Of a DNA stretch of 21,666 nt, positions 10,963-21,666 are shown piece after piece (the first letter of the stretch is position 1; the number at the start of each line of letters is the position of its first letter). The stretch is from Ginkgo biloba (taxonomy: Eukaryota; Plantae; Ginkgophyta). The DNA lies in NCBI GenBank assembly GCA_024626585.2, contig JANKJI020000002.1, positions 206,330,597 through 206,352,262 on the forward strand. The letters are read 5' to 3'. Position numbers and translations under genes: made by a program. Below the pieces are notes generated by a model, which was not told the DNA's origin, made no database searches, and saw only the letters and a list, made by a program, of their open reading frames with translations.

Positions 10963-13099
10963 TCTAATACCTATTCAATCTGTAGGCATTGTTTATGGCC
11001 ATACAAATATATCAAGTTTCTCCTCGAATCGCAAAGATTCTAAACCTTTTTAAGGCTCCTTTTTTTTGTGGATTTTTTTTTATTTTAAATTGGAGGTAGA
11101 ACATTAACCTCTTCGGCTTGAGAAGCCTCAAATAAGGGGGATCTATTCCATCAAAATCACCTAAGGATTGCACCTAGTCTCAGCCTTACCCACTTTGGAT
11201 AGATAGGAATTGATTTTCTAGGCTTGGAAACAATGATGAGTGTCCTAGTTTTTCCGACTACGACCTCCCATTAAGGGGTAAAAGTATATGAACTCGAGAT
11301 CTTGTGTTCAACACTATGATCAAGCTTATGAGTGCTTTTTCTTTTGATTTTGCTATGGTGACCAATGAGCAAATTGCTTTTGAAATCACTAGATTCCCTC
11401 AAGTTATGATGAGTTTACTAGATCAAATCCAATAGGAAAAGCACTTACCAATTTGTCCAAGAGTACTGGCACTCATAAGCATCTAATATGCTCTAGCCAT
11501 TCCATCCAATGTGATAAAGAGCATGAAGGAAGAGTTTAAGCTAAACGACATTGAAATCCGAAGGAAGCTTCTTCACCTCTCAACAATAACAAATGGCAAA
11601 GAATGGGCCTTTATAAGCTAGTAGTAAATAATGCCACATTGTTCAATATCTTGTAAATAGAAAATAACCAGCATGTGCAAAATTATATGATATTTAAAGG
11701 GATAATTCATGGATGTGTCCTCACTATAAATCAAAACTAAAAATTTCCCTCACTAATATCCTAGTCCTTGTCCTCCAAAACCCTTGAGAAAACATATGAA
11801 GTATGTGGATGAGAGTTTGTTGCACACCCAACATCATTGATATACAGGTGGAGACAATGGTGATATCCATGTATCTCCACCTACATGTTTTAGAGCTCCT
11901 ACTGGAAATAGAGCTTAAGGTACAAAAAAATTTGGTCGTGTAGCGTCGGGTTTGCAATGCGAGTCTTCCACCTCAAGGTTGAGTTTTCCTAAGCTAATGA
12001 ATATTTACAATGGTCTATGATCCTAAGCTAAGCATGAGAAGACTTAAAATAAACCACAAAAGGAGAGAGCAGGGTAGGGTAATAAATATAAATAAAGTTG
12101 AAACCAGAGCACATGGGGCTCATCGGACACTCAAACTTCTACATGCTCCAGGCAAGAAGGAAAGTTGCATAAATACAAATACATTCGCTAAAAATAAAGA
12201 GATGCAGTCCACAAAAGACGGCTAAATCAACATTGGCTATATTTAACCTACTGTGCTTTGAAGAGCAGATATGAACACCATGTTATGATAGTAACTAGAT
12301 TCATCAGGGGCCCTAGATTGCATTGGCACATCTGAAGGCCTCTTACAGGTGTGAGAGATCGAACAATAATATGAATAGAAGACTAACTTTAGCACAATCT
12401 TCATNNNNNNNNNNNNNNNNNNNNNNNNNNNNNNNNNNNNNNNNTAATAAACAAATAAACATAAGAACCAAGAATGCCATAGATTACTTGAGCCCCTGGG
12501 AATGCAAGAATTCTACTATATTCATTGAGCAATTTTATAATCATACCAGTCCCCTAGAACAGTCAATTTTACCACTTGTAACTGGCATAGGTTATTGTAA
12601 AAAATAATGGGGGTGCCATGCTTAATAAGATTGAATGATGATGGAGATGAGGTTGATCATACCTCTTGGNNNNNNNNNNNNNNNNNNNNNNNNNNNNNNN
12701 NNNNNNNNNNNNNNNNNNNNNNNNNNNNNNNNNNNNNNNNNNNNNNNNNNNNNNNNNNNNNNNNNNNNNNNNCCTATATAAAATAATCACCACTTGATCC
12801 AAGTCTAATTCCTCCCTTCACTGTATAATTTGGGCTTGCAATTAACCTCTGAGAGTTTTTTTAAGATTGTCACAAAATTGCCTCCTGGAGTGAATTTTAC
12901 ACTGTGAACTAAGGGTGCATGCGATCGAGCCATGTGGTGAAATCACATGCACCTTTTGAGGCTCCCATTATCCAAAATGCCCTATGCTTTCCCTTCCTTT
13001 GACTAAGATCCTTAGGTGCCCGAGACCTCACCAAGTGTCACTTTTTGTGTGTCTCGGCTTGTGGCCTTTTCTGCTTTATTTATTCAATGTTTTGAGTTA

Positions 13100-13495
13100 G
13101 GCATGGGGAGGGGGGCCTAGGATGGCGCCATCATGGGATCCCTTGAGCTCTACATTGTGGTGAGGATGGCCCCCACCTTTGTCTTTGCTTTGGGATCGCA
13201 GGGCACAAGGAAAGAGCCTCGAGATGGCACCATCAGGCACCATTGTGTGTCCCCTTTGAATCTACCTTGCACTAGTAGCGGCCCCCCTTTCATGTTTCTT
13301 AGAATGAACCCCAGGGGAGGATCCTCCTAGGATATTGACATTTGGCACCATCACGCATGAGCTTACAGCCCCCTTTGAGTTAGGATGAGGCCCCCCTTTT
13401 CCACAACGTTTGAGTTGCAAAGGGTGTGGGGCCTCGCGAGGATGACATGTGGTGCAATCCCATAGAACGAGGCCCTGTGGCCTCTTTCCTTTTAT
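13100..13495. repeat. Decayed GC-rich tandem-like repeat (about 100-120 bp period) in a probable retroelement UTR/LTR
   Basis: TGGC(G/A)CCATCA recurs near 13124, 13225 and 13343, each followed by a GGCCCCC..TTT block. Confidence 0.45.
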
Positions 13496-15317
13496 TAAGG
13501 TCCTTCATCACTACGAGGGAGAGATCATAAGATCTTGTCACATGACAGGATCCTGTGAGCTCCTCCTTGTAGGCCTTTTCTACCTTGCATCTTCTCTTTT
13601 AATCACCTTGAGGGAATAAGCCTCGATGAACAGACACTTGTCACGCATCTGGGATCCCATGCTCGCAACCCTTTTAAACCTTATATCACAACCTTTGAAC
13701 CACCCTAAGGGGATGATCCCAAGGGGGATTCCACGTTTCATCATCTCGTTGCATCTGAGGCTCACGAGATTTCTTGTTAAAACATAGGATGACCAAAGTG
13801 ACGTAAGGGGAAGGGTCACAGGATCCTTCCATGTGTCATGATCATGTGAGCCTGATCCTCGTGACCAATTTCACCAAGTTTTTGGCCTTCTCAAAATTAC
13901 CATAAGGGAGGATGCTTTGAGGGCCTACCATGTGTCGACCATTCACTACACCTATGATAACTTCACCAAAACCCATTAAAAGAAATTTTATTCATAATTT
14001 ATTAAAATTATAGAGAGTGGGTAGGTGCCACGTGATGAAACCTCGTGAGACATAAAACTTTCATTATATTTTAAAAGTGCCTAAGTGGACTTTTACGGGT
14101 TCCTCAATTGATACAACATTTTCTCTATGGGGAGGTTGTTTGGGGAGGTCGCTAGTGCAACAAGAGAAAATTTAACGAGATTGCACNNNNNNNNNNNNNN
14201 NNNNNNNNNNNNNNNNNNNNNNNNNNNNNNNNNNNNNNNNNNNNNNNNNNNNNNNNNNNNNNNNNNNNNNNNNNNNNNNNNNNNNNGAAGATTACATTTT
14301 GGCCAAAGCAAAGAATAAACAATAAATTATATCAAAATTTGAAGCTAATTTCTTTAACATTGACATAGAAGGATTTTTGGCCATAGACCAATCTTCTTCG
14401 CTAAGTGGATGTAGGAACATGAAAGCTAAAGGATAGTCACACAAACGAAAGCTTGACAAAAAGAGAAGAAAACACCAAACAATCTTAATTGAATAGCCAA
14501 TGGTTGATAATCATAGCAATCAGTTGATGCATTTAGTTGACTTGTTGCAATGAATCTAGATTTGGCAAGAGGACGTAGAAGTCATCTAGAGGAATTGGAA
14601 TTTTCTACATTGACACCATATGATCTTTGTCTACTTCAACAACGTGGTGGTGCTCCATCCAAACATCTTGGAAGCAATCTTAGAAGCAAGCCATTGATGA
14701 GGTACGAAGATGACAATAAAAAGAAGTTTCACTTCCTATTCAACGATCAACACACATTGCCAAATAGCAGAAGGCGAAAAGCTAACAATAAGAAGAGGAT
14801 GCCATTCGAGAAGAGGATATCGTTTGAGAAGATGTAGAGATCTAAGTTGTTGTGATATGAAAAGGTAAGTCTCAAGAGGTGAACGATGTTGCAGATCTTC
14901 TTGCACAATTAATTCTCGAAGATCAAGGATTGTTGAAGGTCAACACACCACTTCTAAGGAGAACTATGAAGTTGCAACACAAACTAAAGGAGGACTACCA
15001 ATGACCCAATTTGACAAACTCCATTCGAGACCTTAGAGGGAGAGTTTGTGGCTGAAAACCCAAAAGATTTCAAAGATTGAATTTGGTAAGAGGCCTAACA
15101 TCTATTGATAATGGGGAGAGAAGAGGATAGTCGTCAACAACTAACAACAACAATGAGAGAGGAGTAACGTCCATGGAAGACAAAGTTGTGTCANNNNNNN
15201 NNNGTGGACAAAGCGTCCCAAGTGGGCAAATTATGATAGGTGGGCCAAGCAGTGGGCCAATTGGGCCAAAGATTCCAAAGATGAGTGGGAGTTCATGGCT
15301 AGCTCTAATGGAGAGGC

Positions 15318-16829
15318 AAAGGTTGCCTATGTTCATCGAGCATGGGAAAGAAGACCCTAACCTGCATTATAATATGTATGAGACATAAGGATGGCAAATG
15401 GCCAAGACAATTTGATTCTTTAGTTGAGGGCGTTCCTAACAACATTGGGGAAAATCACCAATCACTAGTACTATGAGTTTGCAACAGACCATTTCACAGA
15501 TTGGGAGTCACTATGGAAAAAATTTGATCAAAAATTCAAGCTTTTAATGGACAAAAAAGAAGTCGACGACAAGACTTATAATTTGAAATAAGAAAAGGGG
15601 GAGAGTATTCACATGTATCATAGAAGATCAAAGGCATTGATGAAATAGATGGGGTCCCAAGTCAAAAAAGGTTTGATGCAATGACAATTCATGGAAGGCC
15701 TATCGCTGATATAAACAAAAAATGAAACTTGTCCCACTCACTTGTTATGAAGAAGCCAAGATAGAGGAGAAGAGTGAGTCGTGCTAGTGGAAGGCACCAT
15801 CTTCAATTGCAATGTTGCATGAAGACATGATGTGGATGATGAAGGAATTATCGTCAAACAAAAAAAAGGAAATAAAGGAAATTTGGTTCACAAAATGCAA
15901 AATGGAAGGCCGCTTAGAAGGAGAATGCCTAGAACCAACCAAGCATTATGATATTTATAAAGTGGAAAATTGTAGCACTAATGAATGCAATTACAATACT
16001 ACGAATAGACACAAGACAAAGGATGCTCGTGTTTACTTGGATAATGACGAAGCCTCCCCTCCAAAACCTAGAGGAGATATTGGACATCAAGATAATGGAT
16101 AAGAAATTTTTGCCCCAACCAAAGCCGAAGGACAAATAAGGATTTTCAAGGAATACAAGTGTACTATGCCCCATCCAAATGTTCAATCGTCCAATGTTAC
16201 AAATGTCGAGAAGGGAAGCATTTTGCTAAAGACTGCCCACATCATAATCAAGGTCGTGTGAGTTGTGTAAATGGTGCAGTTTGGGAGATCATGATGATAA
16301 TTGTTGCCTGAAGCAAAAGGATAAAGTTGTTTGTCTTGTATAGGCAGTATTAATCAAGGAAGAAGATTCATATGTTGTAAAGACCCAGAGCAAGGCCTAG
16401 CAACAATATCTTGAGTCAATGATGGAAAGAAAGCACCTGCAGATTGCTAAGGAAACAACTAAAGAGGTGCAAAAGAAGGAGAAGTCAAAGGCAATGCCAT
16501 CTTAAGAGGTTTTGATCAACCTTGTGAGATGCAAACGCAAAGAGCTATTGATGTCTATATTAAAGTAAATGACGATAAGATGCAAAATACCAAGAATATG
16601 AAATCATCTTCCACCGACTTGGTCAAGTGGGTCTTGCAAATGGAAACTCTACTTAAATTAGCCACATTAATTGCAACCATCCCAGAAACGGCAGAGGCAT
16701 TGGTCCAGCAAGCGTAGGAAGAAGCACAGAGGAATAAGTTGACATTTGACCGACCAACAATTTTAGGAGAATGTGCGATACTGGGAAACCAATTGAGAAT
16801 CACGTAGTGGTTGATAATATTCTACAAAT
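15318..16829 (+). mobile_element. Ty3/gypsy gag relic (capsid domain, CCHC knuckles), running toward the protease
   Basis: RLPMFIEHGKEDPNLH...DWESLWKKFDQKFKLL...LK*EKGESIHMYHRRSKALM...FMEGL is a retrotransposon gag/MHR-like pattern. Intact knuckles CYKCREGKHFAKDC (16195-16236) and CKWCSLGDHDDNCC (16266-16307). Many stops and frameshifts; ends at an N gap. Confidence 0.88.
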
Positions 16830-18111
16830 NNNNNNNNNNNNNNNNNNNNNNNNNNNNNNNNNNNNNNNNNNNNNNNNNNNNNNNNNNNNNNNNNNNNNNN
16901 NNNNNNNNNNNNNNNNNNNNNNNNNNNNNGGCTATCTTGCGTGGTACATTACAGGGACTTATGACATGAATTTGAATCCCAGAGGGCCATTTAGACTTAT
17001 TTCCAATTATTTTCTTCTTAAGAGTGATATGTGGTAGACGTTGGACATATAAACGTGTCACAGTCTACGTATTTATAGTTAAGGCATATATCTTCCATAT
17101 AGGCATAGGCGTATCATAGAATTGCCTTCCCCCGGAGGAATTATTCCGTTGTCCGCTTCATTGTCTTGACAGAGTTCTGAATTTTCCATTTGCCTCAGGA
17201 AAATGGAGTAACAGGAATTGTTGGTCCTCAATAAATAGCTGCAGCTTATGGGTCCGAAGCACTACATGTTGCCTCTAAGTCAAAGACTAGAAGACAACCA
17301 TAGTTAAACATCTGTCACAGCCCTGAAACAAGTTCTGGATGCTCTGGTAACAGCCCATCTGAGATTACTTTGGCAAAATTAGTGGCAAATAACATTCTTG
17401 CTTTCTTATTGCTTTGATCAAATTTTTGTATCAGCACTTGCTTCCAAGTATAATGCATCTTCCAATGCTTGGTGATTACACTGCCTCTACAAAGAAAGAC
17501 ATAAAGCCCATTATCTGGTGTACAAGAAGGTAATTTCTGAAGGCGATAAGGTCCATTGTCTGGTGTAACTACAGGAAGGTTCCATAGTACCAAAGTAGTG
17601 GGAAAATCTTGTGTCTTTTTCCTCTATCTTCTATCGCGTTCTCCTCTTTTTGTGTACATGTCTTCTTCTTCTCTCTAAAACTATTACGTAAAAATCTGTC
17701 ACATTAGATACAAAGAGTAAAATCACTCAATGACGAACAATGGAGATTATCCCGTATGTGACTTTGTTGTATGAATCTCTCTTGCAATTCCGCATTTAAA
17801 TTCTGTTCTCCTTTCATAAAAGATTGATGACACAGATGTATCAAGCATTTCAATCATCTTATAAAAATAAATGTATTTTCCAATGTCAAACAATTGTAAT
17901 GACATACAATTACAATATTTTTTTAAGTAATTCAAAAGGATGCGAGTGTCCTAAATTATTTTTTTTAATTAAAAATAAATTGATAATGACAGTATCACTT
18001 AATGTTTAATANNNNNNNNNNNNNNNNNNNNNNNNNNNNNNNNNNNNNNNNNNNNNNNNNNNNNNNNNNNNNNNNNNNNNNNNNNNNNNNNNNNNNNNNN
18101 NNNNNNNNNNN

Positions 18112-18990
18112 AACTTCCCTACGAGAATTATGGGAATTTGTCATATATAAATAACTTTAATTGTGTACTTTTGAATTCGAATGAATAAAACTGTCATATA
18201 TTCTTCATCAATGAATTTCTTCCAATAGTGATATCAAAGTAGGTCAAATGACGATGTTCGCCACTCGAAGACGATCCTGACTTTGTCCCTAATAAAGTAG
18301 ATGGGGAAAGAGAAGGCCGTAGCAAAAAAACGACTTAGGATTGACTGGTTTCTAGAGGCTAGGTCGAACTTGTGTTAAACAATTTTGGTTAAACCGACGT
18401 ATCAAAGAAGGATTTGGAAGCAAACATAAAGTTTTGGAAGCAATATGGACTTCACAAGGGGTTGCGCAAGATTTTTTTGAAGGTTGTAGGCAAGAGAAAA
18501 GAGAGAAACCCTCTTATGAGAAGAACACTCGACGTTGTGTTGATGTGCACGCCTGAGTGGATGCAAGGAGACCGTTGTTCGCAAAGAAATTGAATGTAGA
18601 CAAAGATGAGACCGTTGCTTGAAACAAGCAATGCCAAAGAACAAGAGAATGCCCATCGATCAAAGAAGTTGCAGACAAAATCTAAACATCGTGAGCAACG
18701 TGAGATACTACCACAAAGAACCAGAGGAATGTAGAAAAGCATAGCCGAACCCCAAAGGTTGAAACCACTCGAAGTAGAGGGAAGGAATGTCGAGTGGAAA
18801 CCAGCGATAAAGAACACTCTGTAAGAAATCGCAATGGAGAAGACTTCGAATGGAGTTGCACGACGTCAAAAGAAGCCACAACAGGCAACGCTCAATGCTG
18901 GAGAAACTATGAGAATCAAATCGCAGAGCTGAATCGAACAAAATTCGATCTCAAAGGCAAATTAGGAGCACGCAGGCAAGTTCGCCAATT
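18112..18990 (+). mobile_element. LTR 3' end, degenerate tRNA-Met PBS and purine-rich leader
   Basis: TATATAAATA (18144) and AATAAA (18184), then CCAATA-G-TGATATCAAAGT (PBS 18229-18240). The PBS differs from TGGTATCAGAGC only by three transitions. Confidence 0.6.
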
Positions 18991-18999
18991 TTTTTTTTA

Positions 19000-19900
19000 A
19001 AATTTTATGGGCTGTCTGTGCATGCCTGTTGATTTTGATTTTGCCCTCACCGATTTACTTCCAATTCAAATGATTGAACTTCCCTCTGTCCAACAATCTC
19101 TACTCACTCGAAGTGGCTTTCTCACTGATTTTTCCGACGGCTTTCCTGCTTGCTTAGCTCCCAACATCTCCTACCATAGTGCTTGATTCGAATCGAGTTC
19201 ATCTTGACTGTTTGTTTGCGATCTCCAACGACGTTTCATCCTACGTGGCTATCTCTACGGTGTTCCTTGCTTTGTAGATTTCGGTTTCCCATCTTCTGTC
19301 ACCTTGGCGACTCATTTTTCTCCCTACTGTCTTAGCTTTTTTTGCCCACGGCTTCTTCACAATCTTGATGTCCCTCGGTCTGGCATCTCTCCGTCATGCA
19401 TCCAAAACGGCTCGTCCTACGACGTTGATTCTCTTCCCACACATCTCCACCTCTAGTGGCTTCAAGCTTCTTTGCCCGTGGTTCTCTGCGGGGACCCCTC
19501 CACGTCCCTCTCATAGCAAGGGTTTCATTTGAATGACGTCTATTCTTCTTCTAACAACCTGTCTCTTGTTCCTCTATGACCCAAGGTTTTGTGGCTCTTC
19601 AAACGGGGGTTTCACTAAATGGTAGCCCGTCTCAGATCTTTCTCTCGCCTTCCACCTTCAACTGCAACAGTGGAAGTATTTCAAACCTTCCACAAGATTG
19701 GCTCTGATACCATGTTGGTTTTCATTTAGCTTTGATACCCTATTGATTTCCTCCCATGTTCGATACTGTCTTCAACTCCAGTACCTGCAAGCAACCCTTA
19801 CAACTTTGCAACCATGTGGAAATTAACTCACACTTATAGAGACAGAGTGCACATCATAACCTCATGTGGAAATTAACTCACACATATTCAGAGACACAAC
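19000..19900 (-). mobile_element. LTR retrotransposon 5' end: LTR (19713 to gap), perfect tRNA-Met PBS (19701-19712) and leader
   Basis: Minus strand reads ...AACCAACA TGGTATCAGAGCC, an LTR CA terminus directly followed by the canonical tRNA-iMet PBS. Downstream sequence is purine-rich on the minus strand. Confidence 0.85.
19813..19883. repeat. Direct repeat with 50-bp spacing inside the LTR
   Basis: CATGTGGAAATTAACTCACAC (21 bp, identical) at 19813-19833 and 19863-19883, each followed shortly by AGAGACA. Confidence 0.9.
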
Positions 19901-20190
19901 NNNNNNNNNNNNNNNNNNNNNNNNNNNNNNNNNNNNNNNNNNNNNNNNNNNNNNNNNNNNNNNNNNNNNNNNNNNNNNNNNNNNNNNNNNNNNNNNNNNN
20001 AAAAAAACAATAACAACAATAGAAAAAAATAATACACATATACTACAAAGTATTCCTTTATTATCTTTCTACAAGGATTAGAACATGAAAAATTATTAGA
20101 CATACAAATTCTTTTAATTACTTTCTTCATTTTATAAAGCATATAACAAAAGTTATTTGCAATGTAAGTTGAGTACAAAACTAAGATTAC

Positions 20191-20329
20191 CTTCTTTTCT
20201 CATGATAGCTTGCTCCATGGATTGGAGAACATTTTGTAGTAGTGGTACCCCCATTCGATAATTTATTGATTCTCCATATCCTTTAAGATGATGCAACTCC
20301 AAATCATCAGCCCACTCAAGTAGTTCAAC
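20191..20329 (-). CDS. MINPP1: Internal exon of multiple inositol polyphosphate phosphatase (histidine acid phosphatase family)
   Basis: Minus strand reads ttgttag|GTTGAA...AAAGAAG|gtaatc. The 139 nt translate as VELLEWADDLELHHLKGYGESINYRMGVPLLQNVLQSMEQAIMRKE plus 1 nt, which matches the plant MINPP motif LLEWxDDLE..LKGYG.S.NYRMGVPLL. Its phase-1 end matches the next exon. Confidence 0.93.
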
Positions 20330-21336
20330 CTAACAATAGTAGAAATTCAGACAAGTCATCCCTAGGTACTAGAGCTTATTCCTTAACCAAAATGCAACTA
20401 CTACAGAGGATAGGGGACACAATTTTAGAAAAAGCAATAGTCGAGCAAAAAGGATCACTTAACCAAAAAAAGGGATAAGCGGGGATATTACAAATTGTTT
20501 TACAACTAACGTCATATAGAGAGGGGGAAAAAAGGAATGATGTGGCCAGCTTATCTGTGAATGAAGTCATATAAATTACAAGCATACCTTTATCATTAGA
20601 TAAGTAATGGAAAACAAAGTAGATTCCTTACATGGAATGTATAAAGTGCATCTCTAAGCAGTGTACAAGGAACAAAAAGATATCCATGATTAGAAAAAAG
20701 TTGTCATAGCTATACATTTGAAGCAACCAAAGAGCCATGTTGGAGCCTAGAATTACTCCTATTCATAAACCATGCATGTGCATACAAATTGGAGCTTGTG
20801 TATAGAAGTTATATCTTTAGTACAAATTCCCAAGTTACAAATCTAAACTAACATTGTGATTGCAGAATAATTCCATACACAAGATAGATCATAGAAAGCA
20901 ATAAGACATCAAGAGCCGACAACATATTCTTGTTAATTCGTGGGAAGAACATATAAGGAGATCATCCAAAGATCAGACAATGTCTATAATGATGATCATC
21001 CTGTGTTGCTAATCAAAATAATGGGGGACTCTTCATTAATGAAGGAAAGCCTTATACAAGGTGGTATTCGATCATTAGTGACAAATGACTAGTAATCATC
21101 GTCCAACGTCCGACTATCTGCTTTATCCTATGTCAGTTAAGGTTGCTCTCGACTTATACAAAATGTCAAGGTTAACCACAAAATAGTTGTTAATATCTAC
21201 CTGCTCAATCAAGGAACTAAGTAGAAGGGAAGCCAAAATGAGAAGAGAGAGAAGGTGAAGCAATGGGAATGGAAGCTAAATCTCTAATGGTGGTCACCAT
21301 CAGAGAAGGCTATGAAGGTATTGCATTGGATATCTC

Positions 21337-21606
21337 CTATCCACAGATGCACATGAGCTCCTTCTCCAACTGGGCAACTATTTTAAACATAATATTAGTT
21401 ACGTATGTTATATTCACCAACTCATGCCACTCCTTGACTAGGTTTTGTTCTAGCCCTATCACTTGTTGATAATAATCAACCATCATCGCTTGATTCTCCT
21501 CCTTTCTCATGTGAGACAATCGCTCCTCCAAGGTGTGTTGAAAGTTCGCTTGAAGCCTTTGTAGTTTAGTTGCCAAGCACTTATCATGCTTCTCTTCCAC
21601 TTCCAT
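21337..21606 (-). pseudogene. Coiled-coil ORF fragment, probably retroelement-derived, in the upstream intron
   Basis: 89-aa E/Q/L-rich heptad-like ORF (LATKLQRLQANFQHTLEERL...QQVIGLEQNLVKEW) with no resemblance to MINPP. Origin is inferred. Confidence 0.35.
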
Positions 21607-21666
21607 CGCTCAACCTCTAGTGGAGTTTGGTGCTCCACTGGAAGAGTAGCCAACTCTATTGTCACC

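Larger units (their letters stand above)
5026..20190 (-). other. Very long, TE-filled GT-AG intron of the MINPP1-like gene (nominal 15,165 nt including N gaps)
   Basis: The donor gtaatc at 20190 and acceptor ttcag at 5026 join contiguous protein (...AIMRKE-D-PHIPGS...) in matching phase. True length is uncertain because of many N runs. Confidence 0.85.

Noticed and set aside
17285-17330. tttcag|GGCTGTGAC (G-C-D) as the missing MINPP exon
   Set aside because: It lies upstream of the exon it should follow, lacks the FCP motif and hits a stop after 11 codons.
19813-19883. Repeat-spacer-repeat resembling a CRISPR unit
   Set aside because: Only two copies, inside a plant LTR, in eukaryotic context with no cas genes. 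It is a simple tandem duplication.
905-20000. Many listed ORFs containing X runs, and the regular ~100-N blocks
   Set aside because: These are assembly gaps. ORFs extended through Ns are artefacts and the spacing has no biological meaning.

Overview
This is AT-rich, CpG-depleted eukaryotic DNA from a gapped scaffold with many N runs, most about 100 nt. It looks like a large-genome land plant, most plausibly a gymnosperm (inference from intron size and retroelement types). The one recognisable host gene is on the minus strand: three internal exons of a multiple inositol polyphosphate phosphatase / histidine acid phosphatase (MINPP1-like) at 20329-20191, 5025-4921 and 4543-4317. They splice in frame with GT-AG sites and include the RFAHAET motif. 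The first two of these exons are separated by a nominally 15.2-kb intron filled with decayed transposons: Ty3/gypsy gag and integrase relics, LTR fragments, two tRNA-Met primer-binding sites, a coiled-coil extra-ORF relic, and a 470-bp hAT-type MITE with an 8-bp target duplication. A third primer-binding site lies further downstream at 2002-2011. The 5' and 3' terminal exons of the gene are not visible. I found no convincing novel system; the findings are mostly structural curiosities of a TE-expanded intron.
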